Under the pieces are notes generated by a model. The model saw only the letters and a program-made list of their open reading frames with translations, was not told the origin of the DNA and did no database searches. Below are positions 45,597 through 54,261 of a DNA stretch of 64,000 nucleotides, one piece after another. How positions within the stretch are numbered: the first letter of the stretch is position 1; each line of letters opens with the position of its first letter. This stretch comes from Mycobacteriales bacterium. GTDB lineage: Bacteria; Actinomycetota; Actinomycetes; Mycobacteriales; QHCA01. The position numbers were made by a program, and so were the translations under genes. Location: the NCBI GenBank assembly GCA_038276285.1, contig JBBPZR010000119.1, positions 6,943 through 70,942 on the forward strand. The letters run 5' to 3'.

Positions 45597-47492
45597 TCAC
45601 GCGGGCAGCGCGGGCGCGCCCGCTGGGGTCCGGCACCAGGGGCACAGGCGCCACTCCGGCTCGAGCATCCGCTCGCAGCCGGCGCACCGGCCGGATTCGA
45701 GGTCGGTCGCGCACCATGGGCACGCGACCATGTCGGTGCCGATCACTCGGGCGCACGATGGACACCGCAGGCCCACGTCCGTGTCGATGTGGGTGACCCG
45801 CAGTGCCTCCTCGAACGTGGTCTCACCGGTCATCGCCCGGGCGATCACCTCTTGGCGGAGAGTTCGCACGCCTGCTTCACGGGCCGCGACGGTGATCGCG
45901 GCCTCGGTCGGCGTGGTCTGGAGTACCGCCCGCATCGCCGCGGTGACGGGCAACAGCTCGAACACACCGGTCCGCCCGAGGTACCCGGTGCCGGCGCAGT
46001 CCCCACAGCCGGCGCCCCGGCGCGGGGTTCCGGTACGAAGATCCTCGGCCACCAGGCCCAGCTGGTGCAGCACGTCGGGATCGGGGACGTACGCGGCAGC
46101 GCAGCTGGCGCACGGCTTGCGTACCAGCCGCTGTGCCACCACCAGGGTGAGCGAGGAGGCGACCAGGTACGGGTCGGCGCCCATCTCCACCAGCCGGGTG
46201 ATGGCGGACACGGCGTCGTTGGTGTGCAAGGTAGTGAGGACGAGGTGCCCGGTGAGCGACGCCTGGAGAACCAGCTCGGCGGTCTCCTGATCGCGAACCT
46301 CGCCGACCAGGATGATGTCGGGATCCTGCCGCAGCATCGACCGCAGCCCGCGAGCGAAGGTCAGCCCCGACCTCTCGTGCACCTGGACCTGGCTGACCCC
46401 GGGCAGCTCCAGCTCGACCGGGTCCTCGAGGGTCACGACGTTGTGCTCGATATCGGACACCTCGTTGAGCGCTGCGTACAACGTCGAGGTCTTGCCCGAG
46501 CCGGTCGGCCCGCACAGCACCACGAGTCCCTGCGGCGAGGAAAGGGCGCCCCGCAGCGCGGGTAACTGCCGCGGCGCCAGTCCACATCGATCGAGGCTGG
46601 GAATGTCGTCGGCGAGGGCCAGCAGTCGCAGCACGACCTTCTCGCCGTGGATCGTCGGCAGGGTGCTCACGCGTACGTCGAGGGCCACGCCGCCGGTCTG
46701 CAGCTGGGTCCGGCCGTCCTGGGGGCGACGCCGCTCGGAGATGTCCAACCCGGACATGATCTTGATCCGGCTGACCACTCCGGCCGCGACCGAGCGAGGC
46801 GCTGACATCACCTCGCGCAGCACGCCGTCCACTCGGTAGCGGACCCGCAAGACGGCCAGTTCTGGCTCGATGTGCACGTCGCTGGCCCGGGCCAGGATGG
46901 CATCGCCCAGGATGGCGTTGACCAGACGTACGACGGGCGCATCGTCCATGAGAGCCCGGCCGAGGTCGTCGGTCAGGTCCGGCTCCTGCTCGGTGTCCAG
47001 GGGCACGAACTCCGAGGAATCGCTGGTGAGGCTCCACGCCCGACCAAGGCGCTCCCTCAACTTGCTGACCACAGCCACCTGAAGCACGACATCCGTCGCG
47101 CCGGTGTAAAGGCGGAGGTCGTCGATGGCCACGACGTTGGTGGGGTCGCCGACGGCGACGGTGACGGTGTGGCCTACGCGGGACAAGATCAGCAACTCAT
47201 GGCGCTCGGCGAGGGCGCGCGGGATCAGCCGGACGACATCGGCACTGATCGAGACCTGTCCGAGGTCGATGAGCTCGAGGTTCAGCGCCGAGGCCAGGGC
47301 TGTGGCGATCTGGCGCTCGGTCGCGAAGCGCAGGCCGATGACGATGGCACCGAGCCGCTGCCGTTGGCGGCCGGGGGTGTCGCGCTGCAGCTGCAACGCC
47401 ACCTCGAGCTGGTCGGAGTCCAGCACCCCCTGCTCGATCAGGACGTCGCCCATGCGCTTGCGCAGGGGCACGGTGAGATGGTCAGAAGTCAC
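45597..47492 (-). CDS. Orphan GspE/PilB-family (T2SS/T4P) ATPase with MshEN-like N-terminal domain and C-terminal double zinc ribbon
   Basis: Walker A GPTGSGKTST, Walker B ILVGEVRD and His box GHLVLTTLHTND. Tetracysteine motif (CASC...CGDC). N-terminal RMGDVLIEQGVLDSDQLEVALQLQ. The extra C-terminal ~90 aa carry CPSC...CPWC and CAGC...CPWC. Start is GTG 47492 (GAGGG upstream) or GTG 47522. Confidence 0.85.
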   Translation of the reverse strand: MTSDHLTVPLRKRMGDVLIEQGVLDSDQLEVALQLQRDTPGRQRQRLGAIVIGLRFATERQIATALASALNLELIDLGQVSISADVVRLIPRALAERHELLILSRVGHTVTVAVGDPTNVVAIDDLRLYTGATDVVLQVAVVSKLRERLGRAWSLTSDSSEFVPLDTEQEPDLTDDLGRALMDDAPVVRLVNAILGDAILARASDVHIEPELAVLRVRYRVDGVLREVMSAPRSVAAGVVSRIKIMSGLDISERRRPQDGRTQLQTGGVALDVRVSTLPTIHGEKVVLRLLALADDIPSLDRCGLAPRQLPALRGALSSPQGLVVLCGPTGSGKTSTLYAALNEVSDIEHNVVTLEDPVELELPGVSQVQVHERSGLTFARGLRSMLRQDPDIILVGEVRDQETAELVLQASLTGHLVLTTLHTNDAVSAITRLVEMGADPYLVASSLTLVVAQRLVRKPCASCAAAYVPDPDVLHQLGLVAEDLRTGTPRRGAGCGDCAGTGYLGRTGVFELLPVTAAMRAVLQTTPTEAAITVAAREAGVRTLRQEVIARAMTGETTFEEALRVTHIDTDVGLRCPSCARVIGTDMVACPWCATDLESGRCAGCERMLEPEWRLCPWCRTPAGAPALPA

Positions 47493-47536
47493 TCTGTCGC
47501 CCTCGGCAGGCCCGAGCCCCACCCTGAGCGGGTTTG

Positions 47537-48022
47537 CTAGCCGTGTTCGCTGTCGCGGTCGTCGTCGCCCAGTCGCGCCAGCTCCGAGCGGATGAAGTCG
47601 CGGGTCGCCACTTCGCCGACGGCGACCCGCAGGGCGGCCAGCTCACGGGCGAGGTACTCGATGTCGGCCTTGGCGGCTTGGGCGCGTACCCGGTCCTCCT
47701 CGAGGGAGACCCGGTCGCGGTCGGCCTGGCGGTTCTGCGCCAGCAGGATCAGCGGCGCGGCGTAGGACGCCTGCAGCGACAGCAGCAGGGTCAGGAAGGT
47801 GAACGTGTACGGGTCGAAACGTGCGCTCTTGGGGGCCAGCACGTTCCACCCGAGCCAGATGATGATGAATACGGTCATATAGACGAGGAACTTCGCCGTG
47901 CCCAGGAAGCGCGCGAAGCGCTCGGCGGCCCGGCCGAACGACTCGGGCGAGTAGCTCGGCCGGGGCACCCCCCGGCGCGGTGTCTTGGGCTGGTCCAGCC
48001 GGACCCGGGTGCGGTCAGCCAT
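47537..48022 (-). CDS. DUF1003 membrane protein
   Basis: FLGTAKFLVYMTVFIIIWLGWN...FDPYTFTFLTLLLSLQASYAAPLILLAQNRQADRDR. Confidence 0.85.
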   Translation of the reverse strand: MADRTRVRLDQPKTPRRGVPRPSYSPESFGRAAERFARFLGTAKFLVYMTVFIIIWLGWNVLAPKSARFDPYTFTFLTLLLSLQASYAAPLILLAQNRQADRDRVSLEEDRVRAQAAKADIEYLARELAALRVAVGEVATRDFIRSELARLGDDDRDSEHG

Positions 48023-49262
48023 GAGAACCCTCCCGCCAGTTGGCCGGCAGCAGGTGGTCGAGCACGTCGTCGACGGTGACGGCGCCGACCAGTCGCCGCA
48101 TGTCGTCGACCACGGGCACGGCGACCAGGTTGTACGTCGCCAAGTAGCTCGCCACGTCCTGCAGCGTGGTCTCCGGTGCCAGCGGGCCGATGTCGTCGTC
48201 GATCACGCCGCCGATGAGGTCGGCCGGCGGCTCGCGCAGCAGGCGCTGGATGTGCGCCATGCCGAGGTACTTGCCGGTCGGCGTCTCCATCGGCGGCCGG
48301 CACACGTAGATCTGGGCGGCCAGCGCCGGGGTGAGCTGAGGATCACGGATCCGGGCCAGCGCCTCGGCGACAGTGGCATCGGGCAGCAGGATGACCGGCT
48401 CGGAGGTCATCAGACCGCCCGCGCTGTCCTCGGAGTAGTGCAACAGCCGGCGTACCGGGGCGGCCTCATCGGGCTCCATCAGCTTCAGCAGCCGCTCCTG
48501 CTCGGCGGGCGGCAACTCATGGAGCAGGTCGGCCGCGTCGTCGGGGTCCATGGCCTCGAGCACGTCGGCGGCCCGCTCCCCGGTGAGGCTGGCCAGGATC
48601 TGGATCTGGTCCTCCTCGGGCAACTCCTCGAGCACGTCGGCGAGCCGGTCGTCGTCGAGGGCCTGGGCGACCTCGTGCCGGCGCTTGGCCGACAGGTCCT
48701 TGAGCACGGCGGCGAGATCGGCCGGCCGCATCTTCTCGAAGACCGCGAGGAGGTTGGCGGCACCCTGCTCGCCCTCGGGCAGGTGCAGCCCGGTGACCTG
48801 GTCCCAGTCGAGTTGGTGCACCTGGCCGCGTCGCCGGGCCAGCCGGCCGTGGGTCAGCTCACGCACGGCAAGCTTGGCGACCACCCAGTCACGGGTGCGG
48901 GTCCGCTGCATGGCCGCATCGACGACGATGGCGGCCCGGTCGGTCTCCTTGACGGTGACCCGGCGGTCCAGCAGGTCGCCCAGGATGAGGAGCTCACCGG
49001 GACGTTGCTCGAACCGCCCGAGGCTGACCTTGCCGGTGCCGAGCACCACGGCGTCGACATCGACGCTGGTGACCCGCCCGATCGGCACGAAGATCCGCCG
49101 CCGCTGCTGGATCTCGACGACCAACCCGAGCACCCGGGGCGCCTGGTCTCCGAGCCGGAGCGCGACCACCGCGTCGCGGACCCGACCCACCCGGTCGCCG
49201 TTGGGATCGAACACGGCGATGCCGGACAGGCGCGCGAGATACACCCTGGTCGCCGTGGTCAC
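48015..49262 (-). CDS. Cytosolic MgtE-N / tandem CBS domain protein (no transporter TM domain)
   Basis: PRC-barrel-like N-terminus, an MgtE N-terminal domain (LPEEDQIQILASLTGERAADVLEAMDPDDAADLL) and two CBS repeats. It ends without TM helices. Confidence 0.8.
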   Translation of the reverse strand: MTTATRVYLARLSGIAVFDPNGDRVGRVRDAVVALRLGDQAPRVLGLVVEIQQRRRIFVPIGRVTSVDVDAVVLGTGKVSLGRFEQRPGELLILGDLLDRRVTVKETDRAAIVVDAAMQRTRTRDWVVAKLAVRELTHGRLARRRGQVHQLDWDQVTGLHLPEGEQGAANLLAVFEKMRPADLAAVLKDLSAKRRHEVAQALDDDRLADVLEELPEEDQIQILASLTGERAADVLEAMDPDDAADLLHELPPAEQERLLKLMEPDEAAPVRRLLHYSEDSAGGLMTSEPVILLPDATVAEALARIRDPQLTPALAAQIYVCRPPMETPTGKYLGMAHIQRLLREPPADLIGGVIDDDIGPLAPETTLQDVASYLATYNLVAVPVVDDMRRLVGAVTVDDVLDHLLPANWREGSHG

Positions 49263-49304
49263 AAAAGATCAGGGTACCGGGCGGAGCCTGCGTACCCTGC
49301 CGAC

Positions 49305-49580
49305 GTGACCGCGCCGCCGGAGCTTGTCATCTTCGACTGTGACGGCGTGCTGGTCGACAGCGAGCGCATTTCGGTACGCGTCGAAGTTGCCGTGCTGGCC
49401 GAGCTGGGCTGGACCCTGAGCGAGGCCGAGGTGGTCGAGCGGTTCATGGGCCGCTCAGCCGAGTACATGGGCGCCGAGGTCGCGGCGCACCTGGGCGGTC
49501 TGCCGGCGGGGTGGGACTTCGACTATGGCCGCGTATTCCACGACCTGCGCGACCTGCCCGGGCTGCTCAGCGCTCCTTAG
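49305..49580 (+). pseudogene. 3'-truncated HAD-superfamily hydrolase fragment (91 codons, motif I only)
   Basis: GTG 49305 gives ELVIFDCDGVLVDSE...FHDLRDLPGLLSAP*. The frame ends where motif II should follow and overlaps the 3' end of the convergent gene. The octamer CTTAGCGC occurs twice, 5 nt apart, within 49574-49594. Confidence 0.6.
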
Positions 49581-50077
49581 CGCTTCTTAGCGCGCCGGCC
49601 CACGGTGTACGGAATGCGAACCGACGTCGTGGCCGGCGTGGGACGTGGTGACGTGGTGCCGGAGTCCGACGACAGCGATTCCCCGGCCTCGAGCAGGCGG
49701 CCGGTGGGTGTCAGCCGCAGCACCGCGCCCACGGCGGCCCACCGCTCGGTGGCCGCCGTACCGTCGGGGAGGCTGAGTCGCTTGCTCACCAGCACCGGCA
49801 CCACGGAGTCCCACTCCTCGCTGCCCGGGCGCACCCGCGACACGGCGGCCTCCCAGGTGACGATGCGGCCCCAGGTGTGGGCGGAGCGGGTGATCACGGC
49901 GCAGGTCGGGGCTTCGGCGATGCCCGGCAGCGGCTGCTCGCCCGGGCCGGTCACGACGTAGGCGGCGCCGTCCTGCCAGATGTGCCATGCAGCGGTGGCG
50001 GGCGAGCCGTCGGCGGCCAGCCAGACCAGGTCCGATTTCTTCATCGCCTCGTCGATCAGAGGCAGGACCGTGGTCAC
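49577..50077 (-). CDS. Conserved hypothetical protein
   Basis: 166 aa with protein-like composition (LIDEAMKKSDLVWLAADGSPATAAWHIWQDGAAYVVTGPGEQPLPG...). No family assigned. Confidence 0.6.
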   Translation of the reverse strand: MTTVLPLIDEAMKKSDLVWLAADGSPATAAWHIWQDGAAYVVTGPGEQPLPGIAEAPTCAVITRSAHTWGRIVTWEAAVSRVRPGSEEWDSVVPVLVSKRLSLPDGTAATERWAAVGAVLRLTPTGRLLEAGESLSSDSGTTSPRPTPATTSVRIPYTVGRRAKKR

Positions 50078-50115
50078 CGGTGCAGCGTCTCACGGGCGGC
50101 TGCGACGATGGCGGG

Positions 50116-50964
50116 ATGTTGCGCTACGAGATCGTCGATGTGTTCACCGACCGAGCCTTCACCGGCAATCCGCTGGCCGTGGTCCTCGACGGCGACAACC
50201 TGACCGCCGAGCAGATGCAGACGCTGGCGCGCGAGTTCCAACTGTCTGAGACGACCTTCCCGCTGCCAAGTGACCGGGCGGACTACCGGCTGCGGATATT
50301 CACCGTCTCCACGGAGTTGCCCTTCGCCGGTCACCCGTCAGTGGGTTCGGCCCACACCCTGGCCCGGCTGGGGCGCATCGGTACGGGAGCCGTGGTGCAG
50401 GAGTGCGGCGCCGGGCTGCTCCGGTTGTATGTCGGCCACGACACCGTCACCCTCACCGGCGGCCAACCGGTCAACGGCCCCCCGATGGACCCCGGGCCGC
50501 TGCTGTCGGCGGTTGGGCTCACCGACGCCGACTTCGCCGGCCCGGCGCCGAGTGAGAGCGGCTGTGGCATCGCATGGGCGCACCTGTCGGTCCGGCCCGA
50601 TGCGGTCGCGCGGGCGCAACTCGACGGATCGCTGCTGCGGCGGCTCGGCCTGGAGTCCGGGGTGAGCGTGGCGGCCTGGGATCGGGCGGCGCGCACCGCC
50701 CATGCCCGGGTGTTCGTCGGCGAGATCGGTGATTTCGAGGACCCCGCGACCGGCTCCGCCGCCCTGGGCTACGGCGTCTGGCTGGTGGCTAACGGGCTGC
50801 TCGAGCCAGATGGCGTCAGCACCTACACCGTCCGGCAGGGCATCGAGATCTCCCGCCCGTCGACGCTCGAATGCACCATCGAGGCCCAGGCTGGGCAGGC
50901 CGTACGCGTCACCGTGGCCGGCCGGGTGGTGCCGGTGGCGCGCGGCGAGATCCGCGAGCCGTAG
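50116..50964 (+). CDS. PhzF-family isomerase-like protein
   Basis: ATG 50116 gives MLRYEIVDVFTDRAFTGNPLAVVLDGD...LAREFQLSETTF...FAGHPSVGSA. Confidence 0.88.
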   Translation: MLRYEIVDVFTDRAFTGNPLAVVLDGDNLTAEQMQTLAREFQLSETTFPLPSDRADYRLRIFTVSTELPFAGHPSVGSAHTLARLGRIGTGAVVQECGAGLLRLYVGHDTVTLTGGQPVNGPPMDPGPLLSAVGLTDADFAGPAPSESGCGIAWAHLSVRPDAVARAQLDGSLLRRLGLESGVSVAAWDRAARTAHARVFVGEIGDFEDPATGSAALGYGVWLVANGLLEPDGVSTYTVRQGIEISRPSTLECTIEAQAGQAVRVTVAGRVVPVARGEIREP

Positions 50965-50992
50965 CGTGCCGGCGGAGCCCGACCAGGAGGCG

Positions 50993-51877
50993 ATGCACCT
51001 CCCGCCCGGGCGAGATGTGCTACTCATGGCGGTTGCCGTACTAGGGGTATCCACCTCGGGCCCACTCATCGCCGCGACCGCCGCACCCGCCCTGGCCATC
51101 GCGTTCTGGCGCAATGCCATGGCCGTCGCGGCGATCGGCCCGGTCGCCCTCGCCCGCTTTCGCCATGAGTTCCGCGCGCTGACCCGGCGGGAGTGGCAGC
51201 TGTGCCTCCTGGCCGGGTTGTTGCTCGCGGCGCACTTCGCCACCTGGGTGCCCAGCGTCAAGCTGACTACCGTCGCATCGGCCACCGCCCTGGTCGCCAC
51301 GCAGCCGATCTGGGCGGCACTGCTGGCCCGCGGGCTCGGCCGCCGGATCCGCGGGGGTGCCTGGATCGGCATCGGAATCGGCGTGCTCGGCGCCGCGCTG
51401 GTCACCGGCGTCGACTTCACCATCTCGGCGCGGGCGGTCGCGGGAGACCTGCTGGCGGTTGCGGGTGGAGCGCTGGCCGCGGCCTATGTCACCGCCGGCG
51501 GCGCCAGCCGGCGCACCGTCTCGACGACGGTTTACACCACGGTTGCCTACTCGGTCTGCGGTCTGCTGCTGCTCGCTGTCTGCCTGGCCAGCGGTCAGCG
51601 GCTGGCCGGCTATGACGGCGGCACGTGGGCTCGGCTGATCGCGCTGACCTTGGCCGCCCAGCTGATCGGGCACTCGCTGATCAACCGGGTGCTCTCCTCG
51701 ACCAGTGCGACGGTCGTCAGCCTGGCCATCCTCTTCGAAGTCCCCGGCGCGGCGCTGCTGGCCGCCGTGTTCTTGCACCAGACGCCGCCGCTGGCCGCCG
51801 TACCCGGACTCGCCCTGCTGCTGGCCGGCCTCGCCGTCGTCGTGCGCTCCGGCACCCGCGGCATCCCGGTCGAATAG
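50993..51877 (+). CDS. EamA/DMT-family transporter
   Basis: ATG 50993 follows CCAGGAGG. 294 aa with about 10 TM helices in two EamA halves. Confidence 0.85.
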   Translation: MHLPPGRDVLLMAVAVLGVSTSGPLIAATAAPALAIAFWRNAMAVAAIGPVALARFRHEFRALTRREWQLCLLAGLLLAAHFATWVPSVKLTTVASATALVATQPIWAALLARGLGRRIRGGAWIGIGIGVLGAALVTGVDFTISARAVAGDLLAVAGGALAAAYVTAGGASRRTVSTTVYTTVAYSVCGLLLLAVCLASGQRLAGYDGGTWARLIALTLAAQLIGHSLINRVLSSTSATVVSLAILFEVPGAALLAAVFLHQTPPLAAVPGLALLLAGLAVVVRSGTRGIPVE

Positions 51878-51897
51878 CCCGATCGGCCGTCTCTAGC

Positions 51898-51953
51898 CAT
51901 GATCCAGGGAAGATTAGTCCGGTGGGCGCCGGACCAATCTTCCCTGGATCATG
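51898..51953. repeat. 56-nt hairpin repeat, copy 3 (25-bp stem, one A.C mismatch on + strand, loop TGGGCG), between convergent genes
   Basis: CATGATCCAGGGAAGATTAGTCCGG-TGGGCG-CCGGACCAATCTTCCCTGGATCATG. It shares the termini of copies 1 and 2, and the interior differs by compensatory changes. Confidence 0.85.
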
Positions 51954-51987
51954 ACGGTGGAGGGGGCGGGACGCGGACGGGGCGGGC

Positions 51988-52851
51988 TCAGCCGAGCGGC
52001 TGTCGCGGGCGCAGCGCCACCAGGGTCTCGCTGACGTCCCACAGCCGGGCGGCCAGCGCGTGGTCCTGTGACTTCGGCCGGGGGCGCGCGATGCCGCGGT
52101 TGGCGAAGTAACCGCCGGGCATGGCGCCCCCGGTCTCGCCGGTGGCGAGCCACAACAAGGTGTCGGCGCCCTGTTCGGGGCTGACGAAGGCAAAGGGCGC
52201 CACCAGCTTGCCGATCCGGAACAGCGGACTCGTCTGGCCGAAGTCGGAGCGGACCAAACCTGGGTGGAAGCAGGTAGCCGAGACAGTGCCTCCGGCGAGC
52301 CGCCTGGCCAGCTCGGTGGTGAACAGGATGTTGGCCTGCTTGGAGGAGCAGTACGCGCGCCAGCGGGTCCAGCGCCGCCGCGAGAAGTCGAGGTCGCCGG
52401 GATCGAGCTCCCCTGTGGACTCCGCCGCCGATGCCGTGGTGATGATGCGTCCGGCCGGCGCGGCCGACAGCCGGTCGAGCAACAGGTTGGTGAGCAGAAA
52501 CGGCGAGAGGTGGTTGGCCTGGATCGTCAACTCGTTGCCGTCCACGGTCGGCTGCTTCTTGGCGACGATGAGCCCCGCATTGTTGGCCAGTACGTCGATG
52601 CGCTCGTACGCCGCCAGCAGCTCAGCGGCGAGCCGGCGCACGTCGGCGAAGGACGCGAAGTCCGCGACGTGCCGCCCCGGGTTCTGACCGGTCGCGGCCC
52701 GCACCCGATCGGCCGCTGCTTCCAGCTTCGCCGGCGTACGACCGACCATGACCACCCGAGCGCCCCGCCGGGCCAGCTCACCGGCGGCCGCGGCACCGAT
52801 GCCGGCGCTGGCGCCAGTGATCACGATGGTCTGCTGCGAATGGTCGGTCAC
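51988..52851 (-). CDS. Short-chain dehydrogenase/reductase
   Basis: Contains TGASAGIG, NNAG and YCSSK (YxxxK). Confidence 0.88.
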   Translation of the reverse strand: MTDHSQQTIVITGASAGIGAAAAGELARRGARVVMVGRTPAKLEAAADRVRAATGQNPGRHVADFASFADVRRLAAELLAAYERIDVLANNAGLIVAKKQPTVDGNELTIQANHLSPFLLTNLLLDRLSAAPAGRIITTASAAESTGELDPGDLDFSRRRWTRWRAYCSSKQANILFTTELARRLAGGTVSATCFHPGLVRSDFGQTSPLFRIGKLVAPFAFVSPEQGADTLLWLATGETGGAMPGGYFANRGIARPRPKSQDHALAARLWDVSETLVALRPRQPLG

Positions 52852-52926
52852 AAGTGGATGTTCGCACCAGGCCCCGGCTGCGGACGGGACGGGCGTGGGG
52901 CAGCCCGCCGACTAGCATCCGGACAC

Positions 52927-53877
52927 ATGGACACCCTCCGCCCGCGTCGCTCGTGCCTGGCCGTGCCCGGCAGCTCGACCAAGATGATCGACAAGGCTCA
53001 GGGCCTGCCGGCCGACCAGGTCTTCCTCGACCTCGAGGACGCCGTGGCACCCGATGCCAAGGAGAGCGCCCGCGGCAACATCGTCGAGGCCTTGAACTCC
53101 GGCGACTGGCGGGGCAAGACCCGTGTGGTCCGCGTGAACGACGTCACCACGCAGTGGACCTACCGCGACGTGGTGACGGTGGTCGAGGGCGCCGGAGCCA
53201 ACCTTGACTGCATCATGCTGCCCAAGGTGCAAAACGCCGAGCAGGTGCACTGGCTCGACCTCACGCTGACCCAGATCGAGAAGACGATGGGCTACCAGGT
53301 CGGCCGGATCGGTATCGAGGCCCAGATCGAGACCGCCCAGGGCCTCATCAATGTCAACCAGATCGCGTTCGCCAGCGACCGAATCGAGACGATCGTCTTC
53401 GGGCCGGCCGACTTCATGGCCTCTATCAACATGCCGAGCCTGGTTGTCGGCGGACTGAACCCGGACTATCCGGCCGACCCCTACCACTACATCTTGATGC
53501 GGATCCTCATGGCGGCCCGGGCCCGCGGGGTGCAGGCCATCGACGGGCCGTTCCTGCAGATCCGCGACGTCGGCGGATTCCGCCAGGTTGCCAAGCGTTC
53601 GCAGGCACTCGGCTTCGACGGCAAGTGGGTGCTGCACCCGGGCCAGATCGAGGCCGCCAACGAGATCTACTCACCGAAGCAGGACGACTACGACCACGCC
53701 GAGAGGATTCTGGACGCCTACGAGCACTACATGACCGTCGAGAAGCTGGGAGCGGTCATGTTCGGCGACGAGATGATTGACGAGGCCTCCCGCAAGATGG
53801 CCACGGTAATAGCCGCCAAGGGCCGGGCGGCCGGCCTGCGCCGGTCGGGGAACTTCGAACCACCGGCAAAGGCGTGA
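52927..53877 (+). CDS. HpcH/HpaI-CitE family acyl-CoA lyase (malyl-CoA/beta-hydroxyacyl-CoA lyase-like)
   Basis: ATG 52927. Contains RRSCLAVPGSS, FLDLEDAV, IMLPKV and FGPADF. Confidence 0.85.
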   Translation: MDTLRPRRSCLAVPGSSTKMIDKAQGLPADQVFLDLEDAVAPDAKESARGNIVEALNSGDWRGKTRVVRVNDVTTQWTYRDVVTVVEGAGANLDCIMLPKVQNAEQVHWLDLTLTQIEKTMGYQVGRIGIEAQIETAQGLINVNQIAFASDRIETIVFGPADFMASINMPSLVVGGLNPDYPADPYHYILMRILMAARARGVQAIDGPFLQIRDVGGFRQVAKRSQALGFDGKWVLHPGQIEAANEIYSPKQDDYDHAERILDAYEHYMTVEKLGAVMFGDEMIDEASRKMATVIAAKGRAAGLRRSGNFEPPAKA

Positions 53878-53894
53878 GGGGGGTCGGGGGTCGC

Positions 53895-54219
53895 TCAGGC
53901 GGTCGGTAGCGGCGTCGGGAAGTCGCCGGGCGACGGGAGATCAGTGGGGGAGGGCAACTGGTCCCAGGGGATGCTGGTGAAGAACGCGGCCATCATCCCG
54001 AACATCAGCCAGCCGAGGACGATCAGAACGAAGAACCCCACGAAGATCCATCCGATGATGATTCCGGCCAGTGCCGACTGGAGGAAACACCAGCGCACCG
54101 ACCAGGGCGATGATCGCCATGGTGTTGGTCGGCCGCTGGGGCGGGAACTGCTGGTAGTAGCCGCCGTAGGGCGGCGGTGGCCCTTGCGGCACCGGGGGCG
54201 GGGGTGCCTGATACGCCAT
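53895..54219 (-). pseudogene. DUF4190-like Pro-rich membrane protein with internal deletion/frameshift (~54067-54078)
   Basis: The N-terminal part (MAYQAPPPP...RPTNTMAIIALVGALVFPPV) and the C-terminal part (ALAGIIIGWIFVGFF...SIPWDQLPSPTD...) are in different frames. Compared with the adjacent paralog, about 21 residues (AGIICGIIARRQIKQTGEQGDGM) are missing. Confidence 0.65.
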
Positions 54220-54261
54220 TCGTGCCTCCGATGAAGTCGAGGCAGAGTAGCCGACCCCGCG

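Noticed and set aside
47985-49580. 531-aa plus-strand ORF
   Set aside because: It is antisense to the MgtE-N/CBS gene for 1.3 kb. Only its last 91 codons (the HAD fragment from GTG 49305) look like genuine coding sequence.
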